A stretch of 34,367 nt of DNA from Victivallaceae bacterium (GTDB lineage Bacteria > Verrucomicrobiota > Lentisphaeria > Victivallales > Victivallaceae). Below are positions 1 to 9,236 of the stretch, piece by piece. A program made the translations under genes and the position numbers. Positions within the stretch are counted from its first letter, which is position 1; each line of letters opens with the position of its first letter. The stretch spans positions 1 to 34,367 of the forward strand of contig JAZRBX010000120.1 in assembly GCA_045635285.1 (NCBI GenBank), read 5' to 3'. The notes under the pieces were generated by a model. The model did no database searches, was not told the DNA's origin, and saw nothing but the letters and a program-made list of their open reading frames with translations.

Positions 1-188
1 TATGGCCCTTTCCAAATTCTCTGATGGTTGGATTTACAGCAGATCATGCCGGAGGCGAGATAAAAGTTGACGGCAGAGAGATAACCGATGCCGATTGGTT
101 CAGTGCCGATGCTCTCCCCGAAATCCCCCGCCACGGCAGTATCGCCCGCCGTCTGATCGACCATTGGCTTGAAACAGCAGGCAGATAA
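1..188 (+). CDS. nudC: NADH pyrophosphatase-like NUDIX hydrolase, C-terminal fragment (5' end outside window)
   Basis: Frame 3 is open from the window edge to TAA at 186-188. My translation is [61 protein letters not shown]. It matches the conserved NudC C-terminus pattern (PWPFP.SLM.GF ... WF ... LP..P...SIAR.LI). It is absent from the ORF track because there is no start codon in the window. Confidence 0.55.
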   Translation, partial: WPFPNSLMVGFTADHAGGEIKVDGREITDADWFSADALPEIPRHGSIARRLIDHWLETAGR

Positions 189-222
189 AACAAAGCAATA
201 ACAACAATTTTTTACAGAGAAT

Positions 223-271
223 AAAAAAACTGCCGCAAAACTTTTTCAGTTTTGCGGCAGTTTTATTTTTT
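223..271. terminator. Bidirectional rho-independent terminator between convergent genes
   Basis: Perfect 12-bp inverted repeat ctgccgcaaaac (230-241) / gttttgcggcag (249-260) with a 7-nt loop. An A-run lies upstream and a T-run downstream, so it can serve both strands. Confidence 0.8.
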
Positions 272-289
272 CAGTATGATTTATTCAGA

Positions 290-1435
290 TCAGCGTTCAA
301 GATATTTCCATACAGGTTCGACATCAACGATTTTGCCTGTACGGGCTGATTCATCAAAACTCAATGCCAGAACTGCACTTTCAAGACCTTCGCTGCCGCT
401 GCATTTGACGGGAGCATTTTCTGTGATGGTTTCAAAAATTTCACGGGTCATGATCGGATCGCCTCCGGCATGGCCGTCGCCTGCAATATGAATACGGCGG
501 AAGCCTTTTTCGCCGATGATATTGTATTTTATTTCTCCCTCGTGAGCATCGACGATCACTGTACCTTCGGTGCAGTTGAAACGCATACGGCGTTCTGCAA
601 TGGCGTTGCTCATGACAGAGCAGAATGAAACCTGAACTCCGTTACGGTAAAGAGCAGTTCCCATATTGGTATCAAAAAGATCGTTGTCATCATTGAAGGG
701 GGTTGCAACATCATTTTGCATACGCCAGCCCATGAAATTTTCGACTCCGTATTTTTCCTGCATCCAGATATTTTCAGACTTGAAAATATTGCGTGAGGAG
801 AGAAAAAAGACCTTTGAGGGCAGAGAACCTGTAAACCAGTTGAGCAAATCGAGGTCATGGCAGCATTTTTCAAGGATATGCGGTCCTGCGAATTCAGTTT
901 TTCTGCGCCAGTTGGACATGATGTAGCCGCCGCATTCGGGGATGACATTTTCATTTGCTTCGATACTGACAATTTTGCCGAATTTGCCGGAGTCGATAAG
1001 TTTTTTCGCTTCTCGGTACAAAGGAGCATAACGAAGCACGAAGCCTGTAATGAAGGTCAGGTGCGGTTTAGCCTGATGAGCTTCATAAATAGCTTTGCAG
1101 TCTTCAATAGTTGTTGCCAAAGGCTTTTCACTGAAAACATGTTTATTGCGGCTGAAAGCATAGAGAATATGCTCTTTGTGGAATGCGTTTGGGGAACAGA
1201 CAAAAACCCAATCAACCCCTTCTGCGTCAATCGCCTGCTGATAAGAATCCGCAACGAGAAGTTTATTGAGGTCAACTTTCCAATCTTCAAAAGATTCATC
1301 CCGCAATCTTGCTGCCGGATCATAAGCGGAAATAAGTTCGATTTTGCCGTTTGCAAATTCAAGAAGTCTTCTAATAACACCTCTTGCTCTGCCGCCGCAA
1401 CCGATAACTGCAATGCCGATTTTTTTGTTTTCCAT
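290..1435 (-). CDS. Gfo/Idh/MocA family NAD(P)-dependent oxidoreductase, paralog A
   Basis: 381-aa ORF. It has the N-terminal Rossmann motif KIGIAVIGCGGRA, the FSEKPLA motif typical of the family, and a GDGHAGGD motif near the C-terminus. It lies 29 nt downstream of its paralog on the same strand. Confidence 0.85.
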   Translation of the reverse strand: MENKKIGIAVIGCGGRARGVIRRLLEFANGKIELISAYDPAARLRDESFEDWKVDLNKLLVADSYQQAIDAEGVDWVFVCSPNAFHKEHILYAFSRNKHVFSEKPLATTIEDCKAIYEAHQAKPHLTFITGFVLRYAPLYREAKKLIDSGKFGKIVSIEANENVIPECGGYIMSNWRRKTEFAGPHILEKCCHDLDLLNWFTGSLPSKVFFLSSRNIFKSENIWMQEKYGVENFMGWRMQNDVATPFNDDNDLFDTNMGTALYRNGVQVSFCSVMSNAIAERRMRFNCTEGTVIVDAHEGEIKYNIIGEKGFRRIHIAGDGHAGGDPIMTREIFETITENAPVKCSGSEGLESAVLALSFDESARTGKIVDVEPVWKYLER

Positions 1436-1464
1436 AAAATTTTCCCTTTCTAAAAAACAATATC

Positions 1465-2610
1465 TTAACGGTTAAGGTATTCCCATGTGGGTTCAAGATC
1501 AACGATTTTGCCTATTCTTGCTGATTCGTCAAAAGCCAATGCCCAGACTGCACTTTCCAAACCTTCGCTGCCGCTGCATTTGACGGGGGCATCTTCGAGA
1601 ATTGTTTCCACGATTTCTTTGCTCATGACAGTGTCGCCGCCGCCGTGGCCGTCGCCGGGGATGGCAATGCAGTGTACGGCTTCATCACCGATGACTTTGT
1701 AGCGGATCATTCCTTCATAATTATCCATGACCATGGTGCCTTCCGCACAGTTGAAACGCATACGGCGTTCGGGGATGGCATTGCACATGGTGGCACAGAA
1801 AGAAACCTGCACGCCGTTGCGGAAAACAGCAGTACCCATATTGGTATCGAACATGTCATTATCATCGTTAAACGGAGTTTCGACATCATTTTTCAGACGC
1901 CAGTTCATGAAAGTTTCAAAACCGTATTTTTCCTGCATCCAGATATTTTCTGCTGTAAAAACATTGTGAGATGACATGAAAGATACTTTGCTCGGCAGAG
2001 ATTTGGTGAACCAGTTGAGCAAATCGAGGTCATGGCAGCATTTTTCGAGGATGTGCGGACCTGAAAGGTTGCTGTTTCTGCGCCAGTTGGACATGATGTA
2101 GCCGCCGTGTTGGGGCAGGATATTTTCATTGGCTTCGATGCTGAGCAGTTTGCCGAGTTTGCCGGAATCGAGGATCTCTTTGGTTTTGCGGTAAATGGGG
2201 GCGTAACGCAGAACGAATCCGGTGATGAATTTCAGATGCGGTTTCTGCATGTGAGCATCGTAAATTGTTTTGCAGTCTTCGATGGTGGTGGCAAGCGGTT
2301 TTTCGCTGAAAACATTTTTGTTCCGTTCAAAAGCGTAAAGGATGTGTTCTTTGTGAAATCCGTTGGGGGAACAGACAAATACCCAGTCAACGCCGTCGGC
2401 ATCTATTGCCTGCTGATAAGAATCAGCCACGATTACTTTGTTCAAGTCGGCGTTCCATGTTTTGAGGGCTTCAGTACGCAGAACTTCACCGGGATCATAA
2501 ACAGAGATGATTTCGATTTTTTTGTCAGACTTGTTCAGGATTTGCTGAATGACACATCTTGCTCTGCCTCCGCAGCCGATGACGGAGATACCGATTTTTT
2601 TGTTTTCCAT
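1465..2610 (-). CDS. Gfo/Idh/MocA family NAD(P)-dependent oxidoreductase, paralog B
   Basis: 381-aa ORF with KIGISVIGCGGRA, FSEKPLA and GDGHGGGD motifs. An AGGAG RBS lies upstream of the ATG. It is collinear and the same length as 290-1435, with most positions identical. Confidence 0.85.
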   Translation of the reverse strand: MENKKIGISVIGCGGRARCVIQQILNKSDKKIEIISVYDPGEVLRTEALKTWNADLNKVIVADSYQQAIDADGVDWVFVCSPNGFHKEHILYAFERNKNVFSEKPLATTIEDCKTIYDAHMQKPHLKFITGFVLRYAPIYRKTKEILDSGKLGKLLSIEANENILPQHGGYIMSNWRRNSNLSGPHILEKCCHDLDLLNWFTKSLPSKVSFMSSHNVFTAENIWMQEKYGFETFMNWRLKNDVETPFNDDNDMFDTNMGTAVFRNGVQVSFCATMCNAIPERRMRFNCAEGTMVMDNYEGMIRYKVIGDEAVHCIAIPGDGHGGGDTVMSKEIVETILEDAPVKCSGSEGLESAVWALAFDESARIGKIVDLEPTWEYLNR

Positions 2611-2693
2611 AAAAAACTCCTGTTTTTATTGGTTGAAAATTTGACAAATAATTGTTTGTTGTGTATAATATATCAGCTTAAATTTTTTTTAAA

Positions 2694-3542
2694 ATGGATA
2701 AAAACATCATGGATAATGTAAAAAAAGATAAAATTGATGTCCATCACCGTTTCGGAGAGATGTCGGAATTGCAGCAGGCATACGGATTGCGTATTTTAGG
2801 CGGCAGTTCGTGGCGGACAAACAAAGACAGTTATTACAAGTGTCCCACAAGATATTTTGAATTTTATTCCATAAGTTTCATGTATGACGGAGATGGCAAG
2901 TTCTGGTCGGAGGAAACAGGCGAAATCGATATAAAACCTCCGTCTTTCGTGCTTGTTTCCCCCCATGTGGTAAACCGTTACGGCGGAGCACACGGCAAAA
3001 CATATGCCGAAGATTCAGTTATTTTTTATGGTGATATTGCCGACAGACTTCTGCGTTCAGGCGTTTTCAAAACCGGAGTTTATCCGACCTCCATACTCCG
3101 CAAAGTACCTGCGATAGTTGAAAAAAGCCGCAATCCATCCGTTCAATCACAGCTCAATGCCAATATGGATTTGCAGAATCTTATTTTTGAGATATACAAC
3201 GAAAGCAAATCAGTTTCAAGTAAACCCGATGTGATCCACCGTGTGCTGGCGGAAATAAATGCCAATGTCGGCAAATGGTATCAGGTAAGTGAACTTGCGG
3301 AACTTGCGGAGATGAGCATTGCCACATTCCGCCGCAAATTTCAGCAGGAAACAGGTATGCTGCCCAAACGCTACATCGAAGAATTGAAAATAAACAGTGC
3401 CGCTGATGATTTATTGAAACTGCCGTTGAAAATCAGCGAAATTGCTTTGCGTTACGGATATTTTGACTGTTATCATTTCAGCCGCCGCTTCAAAATCATC
3501 AAAGGCTGTTCTCCTGAACAGTACCGCAAAACTTACAGCTGA
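2694..3542 (+). CDS. AraC family transcriptional regulator
   Basis: 282-aa ORF. The C-terminal double HTH is typical of AraC/XylS (ELAELAEMSIATFRRKFQQETGMLPKRYIEELKINSAADDL ... ISEIALRYGYFDCYHFSRRFKIIKGCSPEQYR). The N-terminal half looks like a sugar-binding cupin. It is divergent from the oxidoreductase pair. Confidence 0.85.
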   Translation: MDKNIMDNVKKDKIDVHHRFGEMSELQQAYGLRILGGSSWRTNKDSYYKCPTRYFEFYSISFMYDGDGKFWSEETGEIDIKPPSFVLVSPHVVNRYGGAHGKTYAEDSVIFYGDIADRLLRSGVFKTGVYPTSILRKVPAIVEKSRNPSVQSQLNANMDLQNLIFEIYNESKSVSSKPDVIHRVLAEINANVGKWYQVSELAELAEMSIATFRRKFQQETGMLPKRYIEELKINSAADDLLKLPLKISEIALRYGYFDCYHFSRRFKIIKGCSPEQYRKTYS

Positions 3543-3543
3543 T

Positions 3544-4473
3544 TTATTGTTTTGTCCATATCCTTGTATTGAGGTCAAGTTCTTCAACGATGCTCAAAAC
3601 ATGCAGAAGTTCGCAAATGATGTTTTCGATGCTCTTTACATTTGCGAGTTTGCCGAAAAATGGCGGCTCCAGCCATCCTGAACTTTTCGGAAATGCAACG
3701 ATAACATGCTGCCCTTCAAAAAGAAGCCGCACATCGTTGCGCTGATTATTTCTTAATGCGATGAGAAGTTCCATCATTTTCGGAGTAAGCACATACCGAG
3801 CTTCGATTTGGTCGGTGCTGTAAACCGAAAAAAGTTTTTCAAAATCGGGATTTTCCAGGCGGACGGCTTCTCCGGCAAGGAAGTTCATTTTCTGCAGAAA
3901 ATTGCCGATAAGTTTACCGAAACAGCGTTCTGCAATATCAGGCAGGACGATGGTTCTGGCGGTGAGATTTTTATTGAAATCGGCGATAAATACAACACCT
4001 TTGAAAACCGTGGTATAATATGTACCGTTTTTGTTCCGGTGCTTTTTTTCGATATGGACCTCGGCGGCGGTAAAATCTGTTGCTCCTATCGTGCCGGCGA
4101 TCTGATCTTCTGAATTGTAACGGTCATAAGATGAGAACAAATTGAATGAACGGAATTTTCTTTCGGAGAGGCCTTTTCCGGGATTGTATTTCAAAGTCGG
4201 AAAAACATTTTTGATAACAAGCGGCAGGATGGTATCACGGAAAAACTCTTTACGCCCCGCTGCGGCTGATACCAAAACAACAATCCCAATGATGATTGAA
4301 GCAATAACTATTGCTTTATGCACAGGAAAAAAGAAAAGTATAATGCCTATGATTATGAAAAATGTTCCGATTAAACATTTTTTGCCTGATTTTCTGTCAT
4401 AATTTTCAAGCAGTTCGCCGACGCAGTTGTTATAAACGTATGCGGCTGACTTTTCGCAATCTGTATTGAGCAT
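3544..4473 (-). CDS. Membrane protein, DUF3137-like (LemA-associated)
   Basis: 309-aa ORF with two adjacent hydrophobic helices (CLIGTFFIIIGIILFFF, AIVIASIIIGIVVLVSAAA) followed by a soluble domain. It lies 10 nt downstream of a LemA gene, which is the usual context of DUF3137 proteins. The family assignment is from memory of that architecture, not from a search. Confidence 0.5.
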   Translation of the reverse strand: MLNTDCEKSAAYVYNNCVGELLENYDRKSGKKCLIGTFFIIIGIILFFFPVHKAIVIASIIIGIVVLVSAAAGRKEFFRDTILPLVIKNVFPTLKYNPGKGLSERKFRSFNLFSSYDRYNSEDQIAGTIGATDFTAAEVHIEKKHRNKNGTYYTTVFKGVVFIADFNKNLTARTIVLPDIAERCFGKLIGNFLQKMNFLAGEAVRLENPDFEKLFSVYSTDQIEARYVLTPKMMELLIALRNNQRNDVRLLFEGQHVIVAFPKSSGWLEPPFFGKLANVKSIENIICELLHVLSIVEELDLNTRIWTKQ

Positions 4474-4483
4474 GTTTTATCGT

Positions 4484-5029
4484 TCAGCGTTTGAAAAGTT
4501 CGTTGACATCGACATTCTGCCGTTCTTCGTCCGGGATTTCAAAAAGGTCGCGGGTGCTGAAGCGTTTGATACCGCTCAAAAGACAGCCGGGGAAAGTCTG
4601 AACTGAATTATTGAAATCAGTAACAGCACTGTTGTATGCACGGCGTGCGGCGGCGAGTTGAGCTTCGATTTCATTGAGAGAATTTTGCAGATTTTTGATA
4701 CTGTCGGAGGCTTTGAGGTCGGGGTATGCTTCGACCTGCAGCATATAGTTCCGCAAAGAGCTTGTAATTTTGTTGTCGAGAACGGATTTTTCTGCGACGG
4801 AAGAGGCGTTGGAACGCATTTCGGCAAGTTTGCTCAAAGTTTCGTTTTCATGTTCCATATATTTGGCGGTAGCTGCGACGAGGTTTGGGATCAGGTCGAA
4901 TCTTTTTTTGAGCTGTACGTCGATGACTGCCAATGCGTAATCTACCGCATTTTTCTTCATGGTCATGCTGTTGAAAAGATATATGAAAATGATTACTGCA
5001 AAAATAATGACGATTCCGATTATGTTCAT
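4484..5029 (-). CDS. lemA: LemA family protein
   Basis: Single N-terminal TM helix (NIIGIVIIFAVIIFIYLF) and a LemA-type core (QLKKRFDLIPNLVAATAKYMEHENETLSKLAEMRS ... AARRAYNSAVTDFN). The start is set at the ATG at 5029 because GGAGG lies 5 nt upstream. The ORF track extends to 5086. Confidence 0.8.
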   Translation of the reverse strand: MNIIGIVIIFAVIIFIYLFNSMTMKKNAVDYALAVIDVQLKKRFDLIPNLVAATAKYMEHENETLSKLAEMRSNASSVAEKSVLDNKITSSLRNYMLQVEAYPDLKASDSIKNLQNSLNEIEAQLAAARRAYNSAVTDFNNSVQTFPGCLLSGIKRFSTRDLFEIPDEERQNVDVNELFKR

Positions 5030-5136
5030 AAATACCTCCATGTTTTGTTGTTTCGTAAAAATACACTTGAAACAGAACAAAATCAAGTCGGATTTGCGAA
5101 AAAAGAACTTTTTTTACTTCTAACTGCTTTAAAGAA

Positions 5137-5165
5137 TTGGATTTTCATTTTTGTCATGCTATATT
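5137..5165 (+). promoter_or_regulatory. Sigma70-like promoter with extended -10
   Basis: TTGGAT (5137-5142), a 17-nt spacer ending in TGc, then TATATT (5160-5165). It lies 36 nt upstream of the ATG at 5201. Confidence 0.45.
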
Positions 5166-5200
5166 AAAAAACGAATACAGTATAAAAAGAAAGGTAAAAT

Positions 5201-7228
5201 ATGCAGAAAGATAAACTCCGTTTCCGTCAGGTTCATTTGGATTTTCATACCTCTCCGCACATTATGGGAATCGGGGAAAAATTTGATAAAAAGCAGTTTC
5301 AGGAGCAGCTTAAAGCCGCTCATGTGGATTCAATTACCTGTTTTTCCTGCTGCCATCATGGTTACAGTTATCATCCGACCGAAGTCGGAATGATGCACCC
5401 CGGCTTGAATTTCAACTTGCTCCGTGAACAGATCGATGCCTGCCATGAAATCGGAGTAAATGTTCCGATTTATCTTACCGCCGGTATCAATAATTATGCT
5501 GCCGACCTTCATCCCGGATGGCGTGAAATTCTGCCTGACGGTCAATATGCCGGCTGGGCGAAATCTCCGCTGGAAGCAGGCTTCAAAACTTTGTGCTTCA
5601 ATACGGAATATCTGGATTATCTCTGTTGTCTGATAGAGGAAGCCGTTGAAATGTTCCCTGATGCCGACGGTGTTTTCCTTGACATTATCACTCAGGCTCA
5701 ATGCTGTTGTCCGAAGTGTGTCAAAGACATGCGTGAGCAGGGCTTCGATCCTGAAAAAGAGGATGACCGCCGCCGTTTTGCCCGCAAAGTTCTGGAAAAA
5801 TATTTTGAACGCACCACAGCTTCATGCCGTAAGATCAGAAAAGATATGCCTGTTTTTCACAATTCAGGCGGTGCATTGCTTGCCCCCGGCAACCGTGATT
5901 TGCTGAAACATTACAGCCATTTGGAGCTTGAATCGCTGCCGACCGGCGGCTGGGGCTATGATCATTATCCTCTGCTTGCGGCGTACTGCCGTACTCTGGA
6001 TCGTGAATTTCTCGGCATGACCGGCAAATTTCATTTGGCCTGGGGGGAATTCGGCGGCTTCAAGAGTGAAAACGCACTCCGTTATGAATGTGCAGCCATG
6101 CTTGCACAGGGTGCAAAATGCAGTGTCGGTGATCAGATGCACCCATGCGGGGCGCTTGATGAAAGCACTTACCGTCTGATCGGCAGTGCTTATGCAGAAG
6201 TTGAGGCAAAAGAGCCGTGGTGCAGAGATGTTTCACCTGCGGCTGAAACTGCGATCATCTCCAATATCGGATTTCAAAAACCTCTGGTCATTAATGAAAA
6301 AGTTGAAATCGGCGTATCCCGTTTTCTGCTTGAAAGTCATATTCCCTTTGACCGTCTGGATGATGAGGGGGATTTTTCAAAGTACAAACTGCTCATCCTT
6401 GCCGATGACCTGCGTCCGGATGCTAAACTGCGTGCAAGACTTGAAAAATTCCTCGCTGACGGCGGCAAACTGATAGTATCCGGCTCTGCACTTTTGAAAG
6501 CGGAAGCGGATGAGATTGCATTTGATCTGCCTTGTAAATACGACGGCGTATGCAATGAGATCCCGAATTACATCAGATTTGCGGATGAATTTGCCGATAC
6601 GGTCAATACTCCGTTTGTGATGTACCGTCCGTCATTGAAGATAAAAAATAACGGCGGAACTTCGCTCGGTGAAATTTTTGAACCTTATTTCAAGCGTGAT
6701 TATACACATTTTTGTTCACATCAGCATACTCCGAACAAGGTTGAAAATTCAGGATACGATGCAGGTGTCCTGACGGATAATATTCTTTATTTTGCCCATC
6801 CTGTTTTCACTCTCTACGGAGTTTACGGCAATGTGGTAATGAAAAAGTTTATGCAGAAAGCAGTAAAAACTCTGCTTGGCAATGACATTCAGCTTGAAAC
6901 AAATCTTCCCTCGCAGGGCAGAGTTTCGCTTCTTGAACAGAAAGAGGAAAAACGCTATATTCTTCATGCACTTTTTGCCACACCGATCCTGCGCGGCATG
7001 GCGGGGGCGGCTTTTGAAGATAATATGCGTGCGACCGCTCCGCTGGAAGTCATTGAAGAGTTGAATCCTGTCTATGATGTTGAATTTGCCGTAAAACTTG
7101 ACAGAAAAATCAGCAAGGTTACACTCGAACCGCAGGGAATTGAAATTCCGTTCGTTCAGGAAAACGGCAAAGTAAAAGTCAAACTGGATAAAATCATCTG
7201 TCATCAAATGATAGTTATGCATTATTGA
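5201..7228 (+). CDS. GHL6-type putative glycoside hydrolase with beta-galactosidase-trimerisation-like C-terminal region, cytoplasmic
   Basis: 675-aa ORF. The N-terminus LRFRQVHLDFHTSPHI...FDKKQF...SCCHHGYSYHPT matches the conserved start of the hypothetical glycosyl hydrolase 6 family as I recall it. There is no signal peptide. Confidence 0.65.
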   Translation: MQKDKLRFRQVHLDFHTSPHIMGIGEKFDKKQFQEQLKAAHVDSITCFSCCHHGYSYHPTEVGMMHPGLNFNLLREQIDACHEIGVNVPIYLTAGINNYAADLHPGWREILPDGQYAGWAKSPLEAGFKTLCFNTEYLDYLCCLIEEAVEMFPDADGVFLDIITQAQCCCPKCVKDMREQGFDPEKEDDRRRFARKVLEKYFERTTASCRKIRKDMPVFHNSGGALLAPGNRDLLKHYSHLELESLPTGGWGYDHYPLLAAYCRTLDREFLGMTGKFHLAWGEFGGFKSENALRYECAAMLAQGAKCSVGDQMHPCGALDESTYRLIGSAYAEVEAKEPWCRDVSPAAETAIISNIGFQKPLVINEKVEIGVSRFLLESHIPFDRLDDEGDFSKYKLLILADDLRPDAKLRARLEKFLADGGKLIVSGSALLKAEADEIAFDLPCKYDGVCNEIPNYIRFADEFADTVNTPFVMYRPSLKIKNNGGTSLGEIFEPYFKRDYTHFCSHQHTPNKVENSGYDAGVLTDNILYFAHPVFTLYGVYGNVVMKKFMQKAVKTLLGNDIQLETNLPSQGRVSLLEQKEEKRYILHALFATPILRGMAGAAFEDNMRATAPLEVIEELNPVYDVEFAVKLDRKISKVTLEPQGIEIPFVQENGKVKVKLDKIICHQMIVMHY

Positions 7229-7241
7229 TAAAGGAGGAAAA

Positions 7242-8996
7242 ATGAAACAAATTTTGTTGGTGCTGGCGTTGACAGCAAGCGTTTTGACTGCGGCACAGGA
7301 TATTGAATGGAGGGCACTTTTTGATGCCGGGTTTACTGAAAAAGATGCAAAGGAATTTTCATCGGGCGATCTGATAATTGAGGACGGCAAAGTTCTTGAA
7401 TATGAATCTGATGCACAGAGTGAATTTATCAGCCTTGCCAAGTATGCAGGAAAATATCAGCCGCTGAAGGGCAGGGCGATCGTCTGTTCTGTAATAAATT
7501 CTGACAAAGATTGTGTTCTGCCGTTCAAAGTCGGTTCTTATTGGTACTGTGCGTTTTATGTCAACGGCAAAAAGATTTTTGACACCGTGCCGCCGGAGGG
7601 TGCGCTGCCGCCGAGCGGAGAGAGATATGATGTCGTTCAAATTCCCTTGAAAAAAGGTGAAAATTATATTGCCGTACTGGTCAATTCCGGTTATGGAACT
7701 TTCCGTTTCTGCTGTAAACAGCTGCCTGATAAAACTTTCTGGCCGTCGGAGAGAAAAAAACAGCTGGATACATTTGAACTGCTTTTCCGTGAAGATGTCA
7801 AACTTGTCCGTACTCCGTGGGTCATAAGTCCGGATGTTGACAGTGTACGGATCGGTGCTGAATTCAACAGCAAAGTTGTTTGCGGCATAAAATATTATCC
7901 GTCATCTTCTCCTGAAAAAGTGAAAACTTATTTCAGCCAAAGTATGGGACACCGCAAAAAAACAGAAATACATCTTTTTGAACTGCAGGGACTTGCCGCT
8001 GATTCACAGTATGATTTTGAAATCGTTTGTCTGGATGAAAAAAGCGGCAAAGAACTTTCATTTCACAAAGGCACCTTCAAAACCAATCCCGACAAAGGCA
8101 TCAAACAGACTTTTGTCGCTATCGGCGATACCCAGATAACTTTGAAAAACCGTATCAAACTGGTCAATAATCTTTTTAAAAATTGTTTTGCCGGTGAGGC
8201 TGATATGATTTTCGCGCTCGGAGATATTGCCGATGCTTATGATGATTTCGGTTATGCTTTCTTCGATACTTATTTTGATGCTTATGCGGCAAACAAAAAA
8301 GATGTCGCACATTACATGGTCAGAGGCAATCACGAATACCGAGGTGTTGAAGCCCCGAAATTCACTGAATATCTCGGCAGCAGTTATTATGCATTCCGCC
8401 GCGGCGATGTTTTTTATATCGTGCTGGATGTCGGAGAGGACAAACCTTTTACCGCCAGCGAACGCCATGCTTATACATGGTATATCGATACAGATGAATA
8501 TTTTGATGAACAAGCAGAATGGCTGGAAAAAGTCATCAACTCCGAAGAGTGCAAAAATGCAAAACGCCGCATAGTTCTGGCTCATTGTCCGCCGTTTGAG
8601 TTTGAGGAGAAATATTTTTATTCCAATAATTACCGTTTTTACAAATTCTTTTTCGGCGAAAAACCGCAGTGCAAAATTGACTTGTGGCTTTCGGGGCATA
8701 CTCATACTCCGTACCGTTTTGATCCGCAGACCAATGAACTTTTCGGAGCAGAGCCTGCCGAGGGCAGCAAGGAACGCAAACTTACCGTCAGAGATTTCAA
8801 AAATATCCGTTTCCCTGTTTATGTGATCGACGGTCCCGGGGGTGGCGGAGTTCAAACCAGTGTTACATTTGTTACTGTGGATGAAAAAGGTATTTCACTG
8901 CGGACAACAACCCCCGGCGGCAGAATCGTTGACGAAGTTACATTCCCTTATGATGCACCTGCTGTAACTCATAAAACGACTTATATAGAATATTAA
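7242..8996 (+). CDS. Secreted calcineurin-like metallophosphoesterase with N-terminal jelly-roll/FN3-like modules
   Basis: 584-aa ORF with an AAGGAGG RBS and a signal peptide (MKQILLVLALTASVLTAAQD). The metallophosphoesterase motifs appear in order: AIGDTQ, LGDIAD, RGNHEY, LAHCPP, GHTHTPY. Confidence 0.85.
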   Translation: MKQILLVLALTASVLTAAQDIEWRALFDAGFTEKDAKEFSSGDLIIEDGKVLEYESDAQSEFISLAKYAGKYQPLKGRAIVCSVINSDKDCVLPFKVGSYWYCAFYVNGKKIFDTVPPEGALPPSGERYDVVQIPLKKGENYIAVLVNSGYGTFRFCCKQLPDKTFWPSERKKQLDTFELLFREDVKLVRTPWVISPDVDSVRIGAEFNSKVVCGIKYYPSSSPEKVKTYFSQSMGHRKKTEIHLFELQGLAADSQYDFEIVCLDEKSGKELSFHKGTFKTNPDKGIKQTFVAIGDTQITLKNRIKLVNNLFKNCFAGEADMIFALGDIADAYDDFGYAFFDTYFDAYAANKKDVAHYMVRGNHEYRGVEAPKFTEYLGSSYYAFRRGDVFYIVLDVGEDKPFTASERHAYTWYIDTDEYFDEQAEWLEKVINSEECKNAKRRIVLAHCPPFEFEEKYFYSNNYRFYKFFFGEKPQCKIDLWLSGHTHTPYRFDPQTNELFGAEPAEGSKERKLTVRDFKNIRFPVYVIDGPGGGGVQTSVTFVTVDEKGISLRTTTPGGRIVDEVTFPYDAPAVTHKTTYIEY

Positions 8997-9045
8997 GCAA
9001 TTTAAAGAGCGGTATTTGTATTGCCGCATATACAAAAAAATCATG

Positions 9046-9089
9046 GAGTTCAGACAAAACTGTTCAGTTTTTCTGAACTCATTTTTTTT
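9046..9089 (+). terminator. Rho-independent terminator
   Basis: Stem gagttcaga (9046-9054) / tctgaactc (9072-9080) followed by aTTTTTTTT. Confidence 0.7.
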
Positions 9090-9108
9090 GAATATCGTGT
9101 AAAAAAAG

Positions 9109-9136
9109 TTGATAACTTTGTAAGAAATTATATAAT
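9109..9136 (+). promoter_or_regulatory. Sigma70-like promoter candidate (alternative 1) for DUF1559 gene 1
   Basis: TTGATA (9109-9114), 16-nt spacer, TATAAT (9131-9136). Confidence 0.4.
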
Positions 9137-9160
9137 TTTTGAAAAAAATATAAAAAATGC

Positions 9161-9189
9161 TTGCTTTTTTTAAAAAGATGTGCTATCTA
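9161..9189 (+). promoter_or_regulatory. Sigma70-like promoter candidate (alternative 2, extended -10) for DUF1559 gene 1
   Basis: TTGCTT (9161-9166), a 17-nt spacer ending in TGc, then TATCTA (9184-9189). This is the same TGn layout as the other promoters in the window. It would place palindrome A1 about 10-40 nt into the transcript. Confidence 0.4.
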
Positions 9190-9206
9190 TATAGCAAGAC
9201 ATCGCA

Positions 9207-9236
9207 AACTTCTGATAATATTGATTATCGGAAGTT
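9207..9236. repeat. Palindromic element copy A1 (13-4-13, core ATTG)
   Basis: Sequence aacttctgataat-attg-attatcggaagtt. It has 13-bp arms with one T/C (G-U compatible) mismatch. It differs at one position from copy C1 at 27921-27950. Confidence 0.9.

Noticed and set aside
5030-5086. Longer N-terminus for LemA (MILFCFKCIFTKQQNMEVF...)
   Set aside because: GGAGG sits 5 nt upstream of the internal ATG at 5029, which gives a typical LemA N-terminus. I saw no RBS for the 5086 start.
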